Assembly (NCBI GenBank): GCA_049516395.1
Contig: JBEKTD010000007.1
Location: 47,853 to 111,852, forward strand
Source: Sedimentisphaerales bacterium
GTDB taxonomy: Bacteria > Planctomycetota > Phycisphaerae > Sedimentisphaerales > Anaerobacaceae
Direction of reading: 5' to 3'
DNA length: 64,000 nucleotides
Of this stretch, positions 34,845-43,825 are shown piece by piece; position 1 is the first letter of the stretch, and every line of letters starts with the position of its first letter. Under the pieces are notes generated by a model, which saw nothing but the letters and a program-made list of their open reading frames with translations, searched no databases and was not told the DNA's origin. Made by a program: the position numbers and the translations under genes.

Positions 34845-36647
34845 TTAATTACACGCCATCATATAATAACATGTCCACACGCCAGTCACAGTGCAATAAT
34901 CAGGGTATTCAGGGTCGTTAATGCAGGGACTTGACATATATCTGAGCCATTTTGTGCTGGAGCAACTACCGCTCTCGGCAGCTTCGCATCCATAGCGTAG
35001 GTAATATTCATAGTACTTCCCTCCACATAAACCGCTCACATAGCTGCAAAAGATGACATTGTAGTTCTGTATGATATTTGTGCAGGAGTAACCAGAACCG
35101 CCGATTATATCTGCCAGCTGGTCGCTGCTGATTTCATTAAAATCACCCTGAATCGGCTGTTTCGAGACAAGCAAAGCCGTCCCGTTTGGCCAGTCCATAT
35201 CGAAAAAGCTAATTTCCGTGCGGTCATAGAATTTGGCCGACGAAAGGTCTGTTATCCAGACATATCGGTCATCGATGCGGTCCACGACAACGAAATGGCT
35301 CCTGCCAGGGAAATATAAAATTGCCTTGCAGCCGTTTAGATTTTTGAGCGTATTGATGTTTGTATTAACCGTCTGACAATATAGTCCAAATCCCTGCAGG
35401 AAGTATTTCATATCGGACATACTTGTAGTGCCTCCGGTCTGATTAACGAGGGAGGCAAGGTCTCTATCTGAAATTGTAACGCCTAATTCCGATGCGACGT
35501 ATCCTATCGCAATTGTTGCGCAATTTCGCGCATTCGCTCCATCTGATTTGACTATCTCCAAACGTTTCGCCAAGAGCCGGCTTGTATCAGCGGCGTTTGA
35601 TTGCCGGTACGTTGTCGGCTTAGCGCTCCCATCAGAATGATATTCAACCAGCGCATCCGACTCATAAGGGACATCAAACGCGTTTGTTTGCGGAACGTTA
35701 TCGTCTATGTCGGTTAGATTCCACAAGTCGCGGGCCTTCACTCGACCTGAGCCGGCCTCAAATCGCTCAATCGTGATGGTTTTGGGAACCCAGCCCCCTG
35801 CGATAAATGCATAATCCGAATACTGTTCTGAAACTGTCGAACCATCCGGTTTTTCTATTAAACAATTTATTAACGCATAGTTTTTGGCGGAGTCCAGTGT
35901 AAAGTGACTTTCGCTGCCGCTGGTTTCTTTGAGCGTCAAAACTATTTGTGTCTCACCGTTGGCGGTCGATTCAACGCCCGATGATTCAACGGCACAAAGA
36001 TTGCTGTATGTGTAGCGGCCGTATCCCCACGGCACCACTCCCGCGGTTAAAGGCCCGTTTACAGAGTGCGGGCTGTTTCCTCCTGCATCGACAATTGCAT
36101 TGTTGCCGGGCAGGAAATACGTGGTGTACTTATCGCCGTCCCAGACAAATATACGTTTTTGATTTCCGCCGAGGTCGAATTGCTGAGTCATGAAATTGCC
36201 GGCTAAGTCCCTGCCCGGTTTTACCGAATCAGACCTTGAATCGACGTCAATCTCCCAGTAAAACCGCTTACTGTCAAATTTTACCTGCTCCGTGGAATGC
36301 ATTGTGTATTCGTTGGATAACTCGTGGCGAATGTTAAAGGGTATCGCGTCAAGCTTCATTTTTTGCATCTCTTCGGTAAGCTCCCGTTTGTTCGAGTCAT
36401 TGCGATACCGCTGAATCTCCGCGGCGATTCGCCGGTTAATCTCATTTACGTCGGTAATGGCTGATGCGCCATATTCCTGATGTGATGCCTCAATTGTGCC
36501 CGCAGCAATCCAGGTCTTGCGGGGTTGAGCGGTTAATTGTTCAAAGATTTGCAGAAGCTCCGCACGCTCTAAGGTTCTGTCTGCAACTGCGATTCCGCTG
36601 CCAAGCAGCACTATGACGATAATTCCTGAAAATATTCGTGTGTTCAT
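34845..36647 (-). CDS. secreted protein: LolA-like N-terminal region + C39-like cysteine peptidase domain + double-glycine motif + 83-aa Cys/Tyr-rich tail
   Basis: Signal anchor present. ARNCATIAIGYVA (Cys) and GRSHFVVVDRIDDRYVWITD (His) are typical of the C39-like fold. The tail follows FNEISSDQLADIIGG and contains 9 Cys. Confidence 0.7.
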   Translation of the reverse strand: MNTRIFSGIIVIVLLGSGIAVADRTLERAELLQIFEQLTAQPRKTWIAAGTIEASHQEYGASAITDVNEINRRIAAEIQRYRNDSNKRELTEEMQKMKLDAIPFNIRHELSNEYTMHSTEQVKFDSKRFYWEIDVDSRSDSVKPGRDLAGNFMTQQFDLGGNQKRIFVWDGDKYTTYFLPGNNAIVDAGGNSPHSVNGPLTAGVVPWGYGRYTYSNLCAVESSGVESTANGETQIVLTLKETSGSESHFTLDSAKNYALINCLIEKPDGSTVSEQYSDYAFIAGGWVPKTITIERFEAGSGRVKARDLWNLTDIDDNVPQTNAFDVPYESDALVEYHSDGSAKPTTYRQSNAADTSRLLAKRLEIVKSDGANARNCATIAIGYVASELGVTISDRDLASLVNQTGGTTSMSDMKYFLQGFGLYCQTVNTNINTLKNLNGCKAILYFPGRSHFVVVDRIDDRYVWITDLSSAKFYDRTEISFFDMDWPNGTALLVSKQPIQGDFNEISSDQLADIIGGSGYSCTNIIQNYNVIFCSYVSGLCGGKYYEYYLRYGCEAAESGSCSSTKWLRYMSSPCINDPEYPDYCTVTGVWTCYYMMACN

Positions 36648-36851
36648 AACACATCTCCTCTCGTATCTACTGCGTTATCACAAAAACCACCTTAACCAAT
36701 CAGCGGGCGTTTACAACAACGCCCATAGATTAAAGGCGTTGTGAAAATGAAAATGTTGACGATTTTCTGCCCTCCTGTGACATAATTTGACCAATTGAGG
36801 GAAAATTATTATAGCTTGATGGTCCTGCGAGGGTTAAATCGAGGTTACCGA

Positions 36852-37532
36852 TTATCTGGTCTTTTCCAGCCAATACTCGGCAAATTGCATTAAGTCGCTG
36901 ATGCCTACATACCCATCGGCATCAAGGTCGGTTCCTGAGCAATTCTCAGGTTCAGAACAATGCCAATTCGAGCCAAGCACCGCAAAGTCCTCAAAGTTGA
37001 CTATTCCATCATTATTAAAATCGCGTGTTATGACATGAGTGAAAGACATTTGGTATAATGGGTTATACCAATCCACGTCCCAGTTGTAAAAGATAACAGA
37101 ACAGGTACCCAGGCCAATGGCATTGTAATCAACGATAAACCAGTCACCAGCCGAGGGATTGTTGCCACCCAAAAATCCGAAACCATTGGCATCGTGTACC
37201 TGCCCATCCACTTCCTCAGTTTCTTGAACAATATATACTGTGGCCGTATCACCGGCGGCCGGTAATTGCGAACCTCCGGACAAAATACCGTAATTCTGGT
37301 TCGCATCCCAGAGAGACAGCTCGCCGCCGTCCCAGATATCGCTCGTATCAGAACTAATAATGATAGTAAGATGCGTTCCAACCATAATTGGGCGGTAAAC
37401 GAATGGAATACAGGGGTCGGCAAGCCCAAGCGGTGTATTACCATCCGCCAGGCAAACCCTTGTGAATACTTCGGCGTGTGCTGCTGGCGCTGTTGCAACC
37501 AGAAGCACTACGAAGGAAATCAATCTTTTCAT
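36852..37532 (-). CDS. secreted protein with two C-terminal dockerin/EF-hand-like repeats
   Basis: Signal peptide ...APAAHA-EV. Repeats DFNNDGIVNFEDFAVLGSNW and DLDADGYVGISDLMQFAEYWLE. Confidence 0.7.
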   Translation of the reverse strand: MKRLISFVVLLVATAPAAHAEVFTRVCLADGNTPLGLADPCIPFVYRPIMVGTHLTIIISSDTSDIWDGGELSLWDANQNYGILSGGSQLPAAGDTATVYIVQETEEVDGQVHDANGFGFLGGNNPSAGDWFIVDYNAIGLGTCSVIFYNWDVDWYNPLYQMSFTHVITRDFNNDGIVNFEDFAVLGSNWHCSEPENCSGTDLDADGYVGISDLMQFAEYWLEKTR

Positions 37533-37698
37533 AACTCACACTTCCTTTCATGAGTTTTTAGAACCTTAACCCAGCCTCAATAGATATGACCTTTCCCCTG
37601 CGGAGGTGAAAGGTCCGTTTGCCCCCTTGTTGCCGTCTATCCATCTAAGCGCCGAAATTTTAGCACGTTTTGTTTGCTAAAATCAAGCAAAATGCAAT

Positions 37699-38784
37699 AT
37701 GGCCTCAAAAGACAATCAACCTTTGGCTGTTTCCAAACGCCTTAATAGAAAAGGTGATACCGATGGGCAAGCATCTAATTGGGCATATAAACCGAGCATC
37801 AAAACAAAAGAGCGTATGAAAAATAGTAGAACCGGCAGAATAATGCAGTTATTGACAGCGTTGCAATCTCGGAAGGGCTATGCGATTTCGGAATTAACTG
37901 AGATACTGGGAAAAAGTCGTCGCACGGTATACAGAGACCTGAAAGAGCTGCAAGGGGCAGGTTTGCCTTGTCGTTTTGACACAAGGCGCCACTGTTATGC
38001 TTTAGACCTTCAATCACCTCTTCCAACACTTGCTCTGTCCAAAGATGAAGCATTCAGCTTGCTGTTACTGCTTCGCGAGGCGAGTCACAATATTGGGCTT
38101 CCTTTTAATTATCCTGCCCGGCTGTTATCCCTTAAAATTGAGAATTGTCTAAGACGAGAAGTAAGACAATTTTGCGACGCATCGTTTCGATTTATCTCAA
38201 TTAACCCTGCTCCTAAAATCAGGATGGACTTGTTGGATAAAACATTTATGCAGGTTCTGGATGCCATACAGACACAGCGTACCTTAAACATTAATTACTG
38301 TCTGCCTGCCGAACAAAACATCATCACAACGGACCTCAATCCTTATTACTTGGTTTATTCGGAATACGCATGGCATACCATCGGAGAATCGAGCTTTCAC
38401 AAAACAGTGCAAACATTCAGGTTAAATCAAATCAAACAGCTAAACCCTTTAGACAGATATTTTGTGGAAGATGAGAAATTCGACCTTCGCGAGTATTTTG
38501 GGTATGCCTGGTCATTATTGCGAGAAGGCCAAATCTACGAGGTCGAATTGAGATTCTGCCCGCGAATCGCTGCGGAAGTGGCCGAGGTCCAGTGGCACCA
38601 AACGCAGACCGCTTCTTTTGAGGATGATGGCTCGGTGGTGCTGAAATTCCGTGTGGATGGGCTTAATGAGATAACATGGTGGATTTTGGGCTATGGCGAC
38701 CAGGTGGAAGTTCTTGCGCCTAAGGCATTAAGGCAAAGGATTGCTCAAATAGCATCGAGAATAGTAGATTCACAACAACACTGA
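37699..38784 (+). CDS. HTH + WYL + WCX-type transcriptional regulator (YafY/PafBC-like)
   Basis: HTH RIMQLLTALQSRKGYAISELTEILGKSRRTVYRDLKEL. WYL-like YYLVYSEYAWHTIG...FRLNQIKQL. C-terminus WWILGYGDQVEVLAPKALRQRI. The true start may be ATG 37816. Confidence 0.8.
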   Translation: MASKDNQPLAVSKRLNRKGDTDGQASNWAYKPSIKTKERMKNSRTGRIMQLLTALQSRKGYAISELTEILGKSRRTVYRDLKELQGAGLPCRFDTRRHCYALDLQSPLPTLALSKDEAFSLLLLLREASHNIGLPFNYPARLLSLKIENCLRREVRQFCDASFRFISINPAPKIRMDLLDKTFMQVLDAIQTQRTLNINYCLPAEQNIITTDLNPYYLVYSEYAWHTIGESSFHKTVQTFRLNQIKQLNPLDRYFVEDEKFDLREYFGYAWSLLREGQIYEVELRFCPRIAAEVAEVQWHQTQTASFEDDGSVVLKFRVDGLNEITWWILGYGDQVEVLAPKALRQRIAQIASRIVDSQQH

Positions 38785-38869
38785 CGCAGTTATCTTGTAA
38801 AAATAACAAAGTATTTTTTGTAAAAAACCGTCAACATTTGGAGGCCTGAGACGCCGTAGATTATAGTGC

Positions 38870-39034
38870 CTCGCCGGGGATTGCTTGCTAAAGGCCAGCC
38901 GGGGTCTTGAACGATGCTATCCTTTCCCGCACCCCCGGATGGAGAAAAGAGTGTTCCTGGCAGAAGCTTCCACACCAGCATATCTGTTGGAAATGGGGCA
39001 AAGGGAACAAAAACCCCTTTGCCCTATGTTTTAT
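38870..39034 (+). ncRNA. candidate structured small RNA ending in a strong intrinsic terminator (family unknown)
   Basis: A possible promoter TTGGAG-18-TATAGT lies at 38838..38867. Several short complementary GC-rich segments (CCGGGG/CCCCGG, TTCCA/TGGAA) are present, then a 10-bp terminator stem. No convincing SD-led ORF is visible. Confidence 0.3.
38996..39034 (+). terminator. rho-independent terminator
   Basis: GGGCAAAGGG-aacaaaaac-CCCTTTGCCC (10-bp perfect stem) followed by tatgttttat. Confidence 0.65.
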
Positions 39035-39070
39035 AAAAATAAAGCAATGTTAATCTGGGTAAAAAGAAAG

Positions 39071-39089
39071 AGTGACAGATTCTGTCACT
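39071..39089. promoter_or_regulatory. perfect 19-bp palindrome, candidate operator
   Basis: AGTGACAGA-T-TCTGTCACT, about 150 bp upstream of the two small ORFs. The motif cgtcaacattt occurs at both 38829 and 39121. Confidence 0.4.
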
Positions 39090-39241
39090 TAGCAGGAATT
39101 TGTCCTGAAAAATAATTTTTCGTCAACATTTTATGCAGTCAGTCGCTTTTAATTTTAGAGATAGATCGTGTTGATAGTGGTTTGATGCGATAAACGACTG
39201 GTAAGTGGTTCGTTCAGAAAAAACTATAGACGAATACAGCA

Positions 39242-39655
39242 GTGGGTAACCAGAAATACATCATTGAACAGATGGAAACCTATATCCGCCAGGGAGGTGG
39301 CGAATATGGGGATTGGTTCATAGGGTTGGCTGATAACCCCATTGTCCCCATCACAGAGGTTTACCGTCTTCGTAAGGTGCAAAACCACAGGTTTACATAC
39401 GTCGAAACAATGTCAGTAGAAGTTGCCAAAGCGGTTGCTGATTATTTTATCAATGCATGCGGGATGGACGGCAATATAAGCGAAACAGAAAAAGACGGCG
39501 TCTGTCGGGCGCTATACCTTTATAAAAAAGCCGAGCATCTCATCGCCTGCGAAACCGGCACATCAAACCGATTAATTTGCTGGGTGCGCAATAAGCTGTT
39601 TCGGGTTTGCGCCCCCGACAATAACAAAATAATCAGGAGATTGTATGCACCGTGA
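39242..39655 (+). CDS. hypothetical small protein (137 aa)
   Basis: GTG start in the track, with an alternative ATG at 39272 (METYIRQGGGEYGDWFIGLADNP...). The layout loosely resembles small beta-beta-alpha (GIY-YIG-like) proteins. The end overlaps the next ORF by 11 nt. Confidence 0.5.
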   Translation: MGNQKYIIEQMETYIRQGGGEYGDWFIGLADNPIVPITEVYRLRKVQNHRFTYVETMSVEVAKAVADYFINACGMDGNISETEKDGVCRALYLYKKAEHLIACETGTSNRLICWVRNKLFRVCAPDNNKIIRRLYAP

Positions 39656-39947
39656 CCATAAAATTTTTATTCAGGCGATCAAAAACAGGAAAAAGATTCT
39701 CATTAAACACCGCAGTGAAAATGGCTGTGACGCAAACACGAAGGTTTGCTGCCCCCTTTTTTATGTCCCGGCCAGCGACAAGGGTGGTTGTGACCACTAT
39801 TACTTCTGGGAGGATGAAAAAGGCCTAAAAAGTAATGTCGTGAGCGTTAAAACAGAAAACATAGTCCATATCGGGCAGACACAGGAACCATTCGATCCGG
39901 TTGGCTTGACTCTTGTTGGCGACGAAGATATATCGCTTGAACATTAA
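39645..39947 (+). CDS. hypothetical 100-aa protein with a WYL-like (SH3 beta-barrel) sequence pattern
   Basis: KKILIKHRSENG..TKVCCPLFYV....DHYYFWEDEKG....VSVKTENIVHIGQTQEPFDP follows the spacing of WYL domains. It is translationally coupled to the upstream ORF. Confidence 0.5.
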   Translation: MHRDHKIFIQAIKNRKKILIKHRSENGCDANTKVCCPLFYVPASDKGGCDHYYFWEDEKGLKSNVVSVKTENIVHIGQTQEPFDPVGLTLVGDEDISLEH

Positions 39948-39992
39948 CAATCCCACTAATCAACTAAAACATCGCTTTGATAGTAACTTTTG

Positions 39993-40082
39993 GTGTCAAA
40001 AAAGTGTCCGTCGCCAGTGGTTTGCCACTGTAAGTTCGCTTGTAAACGATTAGTTAATCACTTTTAATCCTCATTTTGACAC
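39993..40082 (+). repeat. 90-bp MITE-like dispersed repeat, copy 2
   Basis: 86 of 90 positions are identical to 14177..14266, with the same TIRs and internal hairpin. Confidence 0.8.
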
Positions 40083-40194
40083 AAAAAAAACAACCATAAG
40101 CATATGATTAACAATCGCGGAATATTTTGCTTTGACGCTGGCGATAACTCCCGCTATCCTTTTCGTAAAGGAAAATATGATAAGGAGCTTGAAA

Positions 40195-41190
40195 GTGAAA
40201 TATAAACCGGCTGACAAACGATACGAAAAAATGAAATACAATCGCTGCGGGCAAAGCGGCTTATTACTGCCCGCGGTGTCACTGGGCCTGTGGCATAATT
40301 TCGGCGACGTCGATGACTTCGAGACCGGCCGGGCAATCGTCCGCCGAGCATTCGACCTCGGCATAACCCACTTCGACCTCGCCAACAACTATGGCCCCCC
40401 GCCCGGCTCAGCAGAGAAAAATTTCGGCAAAATACTCAAACAGGATTTGAAGACATACCGCGACGAGCTGATTATCTCAACAAAGGCCGGTTACCTGATG
40501 TGGCCCGGCCCTTATGGCGAATGGGGCACAAGAAAATACCTCCTCGCCAGTTTGGACCAGTCGCTCAAACGCCTCGGCCTCGATTACGTTGACATCTTCT
40601 ATTCGCACAGGTTCGACCCCAATACGCCTCTCGACGAAACATTGTCCGCACTCGATACAGCCGTCAAACAGGGTAAGGCCATTTACGCCGGCATATCGAA
40701 TTACAAACCCCAGCAAACCGAACAGGCAGCAAAAATCCTGCGCCAGTTCGGCACCCCCTGCCTGATTCACCAGCCGAGATATTCGATGTTCGACCGCTGG
40801 GTCGAAGACGGCCTGCTCGATGTCCTCGAAAAAGAGGGCATCGGCTGTATATGCTTCTCGCCTCTGGCACAGGGACTATTGACGGATAAATATCTAAAGG
40901 GCATCCCCAAAGACAGCCGGGCGGCAAAACCTCATGGCTTCCTCAAACGCGAACAGATTACAGAAGCCGTCGAGAAAAAAGTCGCTGCCCTGAACGAGCT
41001 GGCAAAACAACGGGGACAATCGCTCGCCCAGATGGCCCTTGCCTGGGTTTTGCGGGACAAAAGGATTACAACGGTCCTCACTGGCGCAAGTAAGGTCAAG
41101 CAGCTCGAACAAAATGTTGCCGCCCTCGATAATCTCTCATTCGACGATGAAGAGCTAAACCATATCGAAACTATCCTGAAAAGCTCGTAA
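40195..41190 (+). CDS. aldo/keto reductase, YghZ / Kv-beta-like subfamily
   Basis: MKYNRCGQSGLLLPAVSLGLWHNFG...AFDLGITHFDLANNYGPPPGSAEKNFG closely follows the E. coli YghZ N-terminus. GTG 40195 is preceded by AGGAG. The track ORF starts further upstream, at 40132. Confidence 0.85.
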   Translation: MKYKPADKRYEKMKYNRCGQSGLLLPAVSLGLWHNFGDVDDFETGRAIVRRAFDLGITHFDLANNYGPPPGSAEKNFGKILKQDLKTYRDELIISTKAGYLMWPGPYGEWGTRKYLLASLDQSLKRLGLDYVDIFYSHRFDPNTPLDETLSALDTAVKQGKAIYAGISNYKPQQTEQAAKILRQFGTPCLIHQPRYSMFDRWVEDGLLDVLEKEGIGCICFSPLAQGLLTDKYLKGIPKDSRAAKPHGFLKREQITEAVEKKVAALNELAKQRGQSLAQMALAWVLRDKRITTVLTGASKVKQLEQNVAALDNLSFDDEELNHIETILKSS

Positions 41191-41612
41191 CTTCTTGTTT
41201 TCGCTATAGTTATCGACCGCCTTTGCGTGCGGCGCATTTGCTATCTAAAATTTATTTAAAATATCTCTGGATTTTTCTTGCATAATTGGTCGCCTGTGTT
41301 CTAAAATGGTATTCAGCAGGCAGGTAAAATAATTTATATATATAATCGTTTTAGGTCGTCATCATAATTTCAACGGCATTTCTTATCATCCTGCCTTTGT
41401 GACAAATCGGTTTCCTTTTTTGCAGCTTGTCAGTTGCGCGTTCATTTTTTGTTTAGAAGGAGCAAAAAAATGGTGCGCAGAAAGTCCGCAATCTGGGGTA
41501 TTTCAATCAATACCGTCGATTCCGCGCGCAAAATCCGGCCTAATCCGACCCGGGCGTGTTGCCCCGGCCGTCTTTATCATTAATTCATCAATCTTTTTGA
41601 AAGGGTACAAAA

Positions 41613-43772
41613 ATGAACACGAATAATCACCAACTTCGCACGGTGCTGTTCGCTATGACCATGCTGGCGATTGAATTAGTAGCAACACCTCAAGCGCGAG
41701 CGACAGACTATACAAGTATTATTGGTGACTTGGCAAATCCTCGCGCGGCGATTGATTTTGGAAATCCCTCTTATGGTTACGCTCAGGAATTTACGATAAC
41801 GAGCAGCACATGGGATATCTTTCAAGCGCAGATTAATCTTGGGGACTTGGATCCCATGCCCGGACCACCCTTGTTACAGGTTCGTAATGCCTTGGGCGCT
41901 GGCCTTGGGCCGGGCACGACCATTTTGGGATCTTTCACCATGAATCCCAATGACATCCCAACCGGTTTCAATTTCGCTAATATTGTCGCAACAGCAGATA
42001 CAAGCTTCACTTTGGGCCCAGGCACTTACTGGTTCTGTCTTGGAAATGACCAGCCTATCGGCTGCTTTTGTTGGGTTCCCTTTGCCAACGACGATTCGCT
42101 GGTTCAAGGCGGTCTTGCCGGAACTGTCAACACGACTGCCGTTGCTCAGAGCAGTGATGGCGGTCAGACCTTTGGTACGCCTTCGCTGGGAGGATATGCT
42201 TTGCTCTTCGAATTGGATGCTCAACCGGTTCCCAAGCCGGCCAAATATAGTGGTGGAACGGGTGGGCCGACCAACCCATATAAGATTGGTACGGTTTCCG
42301 ACTGGAATGACCTGATGAATACCTCATCGGACTGGGATAAGCATTTTATCCTGATAGCTGATATAAATTTGCAGGGTATTGCACTAAAGCCGGTCGGCAA
42401 CTTTGATATACCCTTTATCGGCGTCTTTGGAGGTAACAGCCATATCATTCGCAACGCTTATATAAATAGCCCGGCTGACGATGATATCGGCCTGTTCGGT
42501 TATATTGACACTGGCAGCCAAATCCGCAACCTCGGTGTAGAGGATGTCAATATGACCGGAAGATATGATGTCGGCGGCTTAGTAGGATTTAATGGGGGCG
42601 ACATCGCCACCTGTTACGCCACTGGCGCGGTCGTCAGCAAAGGCTGGTTTGTCGGTGGCCTGCTGGGATTAAATTATGGCAGCGTCAACGCCTGTTATGC
42701 CGCTGTTGTGGTTACCGGAGAAAGCGTTGTCGGCGGTTTGGCGGGAGGTAATGATGAAGGCAGCATCAGTGCCTGTTATGCCACGGGTACGGTCAGTGGA
42801 AGAAACTTTGTCGGCGGCCTGATGGGATACAATGGCGGCAGTGTTTCCGGTAGTTTCTGGGATACACAGACTTCTGGTCAGACGACAAGCTCCGGCGGAA
42901 CGGGCATGACAACGGCGGAAATGAAAACGCTTTCAACATTTACCTCAGCAGGATGGAATTTTGTCGAAATCTGGGGTATAGGCGAAAATCAGACTTATCC
43001 GTATCTAAGAACTGAGCCGGCCGGGGACTTGAATCACGATAAAAAAGTTGACTTTGAGGATTTCGCAATACTCGCCTCGCACTGGCTGGAAAATTGGGCT
43101 GGCCCAAGCAACTCAAGCATCGGCTTGGTCGCCTATTATCCGTTTAATGGAAATGCCAATGACGCCAGCGGCAAGGGAAACAACGGAACTGTGGTCGGTG
43201 CAGCTTTTGAAACCTACGGAGCTGGTAATACCCTGGCCTTGCACTTCAATGGAAACACATCATCGTACGTCGTAGTTCCGCGTTCCGCTTCGTTGGAGCC
43301 GGTAGATGCGATCTCGATCTCAATGTGGGTCAAAGGCGTACAGGGGCAAGCTTGCGGGTATGGTTGGGGAACGATCCTTCGGAAGGCAGACGATTGTCAA
43401 CCGGGATACTTCATTAAGGGCTGTAACGGCGGCTCAAGCTTTTGGCTCTGCGGTGCAAATCCATGTAGCGGGGCAGATTACTGGACCGCCGGTTTTCCGC
43501 TGTTCACAGGGACGAGTTGGCAACATATTGTTGCGACGTATTCTCGCACCGATGGATTGATGAAAAGCTATGAAAACGGCGTGCTCGTCAACCAAACGCC
43601 CCTGGCAAGTCAGCTTTTGCACTCCGGAAACCTGTACATCGGAGGGGCTGCCGTGCGCGGAGACGATGGCGGTTTTAATGGGTTGATAAATGAAGTTCGG
43701 ATTTACAATCGTGCCCTCTCTGCCTCAGAGGTTCAGCAGCTCTACCTTTCAGGTTCTGGTTCTCACCCGTAA
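41613..43772 (+). CDS. secreted GLUG-repeat protein with an internal dockerin-like repeat and a C-terminal LamG (Laminin_G_3-like) domain
   Basis: Signal peptide present. Repeats VGGLVGFNGG..CYATG / VGGLLGLNYG / VGGLAGGNDEG. Then DLNHDKKVDFEDFAILASHWLE, and LamG-like LHFNGN...LYIGG...GLINEVRIYNRALSASEVQQLY. Confidence 0.75.
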   Translation: MNTNNHQLRTVLFAMTMLAIELVATPQARATDYTSIIGDLANPRAAIDFGNPSYGYAQEFTITSSTWDIFQAQINLGDLDPMPGPPLLQVRNALGAGLGPGTTILGSFTMNPNDIPTGFNFANIVATADTSFTLGPGTYWFCLGNDQPIGCFCWVPFANDDSLVQGGLAGTVNTTAVAQSSDGGQTFGTPSLGGYALLFELDAQPVPKPAKYSGGTGGPTNPYKIGTVSDWNDLMNTSSDWDKHFILIADINLQGIALKPVGNFDIPFIGVFGGNSHIIRNAYINSPADDDIGLFGYIDTGSQIRNLGVEDVNMTGRYDVGGLVGFNGGDIATCYATGAVVSKGWFVGGLLGLNYGSVNACYAAVVVTGESVVGGLAGGNDEGSISACYATGTVSGRNFVGGLMGYNGGSVSGSFWDTQTSGQTTSSGGTGMTTAEMKTLSTFTSAGWNFVEIWGIGENQTYPYLRTEPAGDLNHDKKVDFEDFAILASHWLENWAGPSNSSIGLVAYYPFNGNANDASGKGNNGTVVGAAFETYGAGNTLALHFNGNTSSYVVVPRSASLEPVDAISISMWVKGVQGQACGYGWGTILRKADDCQPGYFIKGCNGGSSFWLCGANPCSGADYWTAGFPLFTGTSWQHIVATYSRTDGLMKSYENGVLVNQTPLASQLLHSGNLYIGGAAVRGDDGGFNGLINEVRIYNRALSASEVQQLYLSGSGSHP

Positions 43773-43825
43773 GGTGTGCGCAGTGCATACCGTCAATATC
43801 AACCACTTTTTGAAAGGGTAAGAAA

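Noticed and set aside
38790-39115. ORFs of 63 aa (minus strand) and 76 aa (plus strand) in the WYL downstream spacer
   Set aside because: Neither has an SD. The plus-strand ORF reads straight through a 10-bp terminator stem and the 19-bp palindrome. The compositions look non-coding.
14266-39993. A 25.7-kb genomic island delimited by the two direct copies of the 90-bp repeat
   Set aside because: There is no integrase, transposase or other mobility gene inside. The repeat has its own terminal inverted repeats, so it behaves as a small independent element rather than as att sites. The content is heterogeneous.
41399-41626. 75-aa ORF upstream of and overlapping the GLUG gene start
   Set aside because: No SD, an AT-rich leader, and an overlap with the signal-peptide codons of the real gene in another frame.
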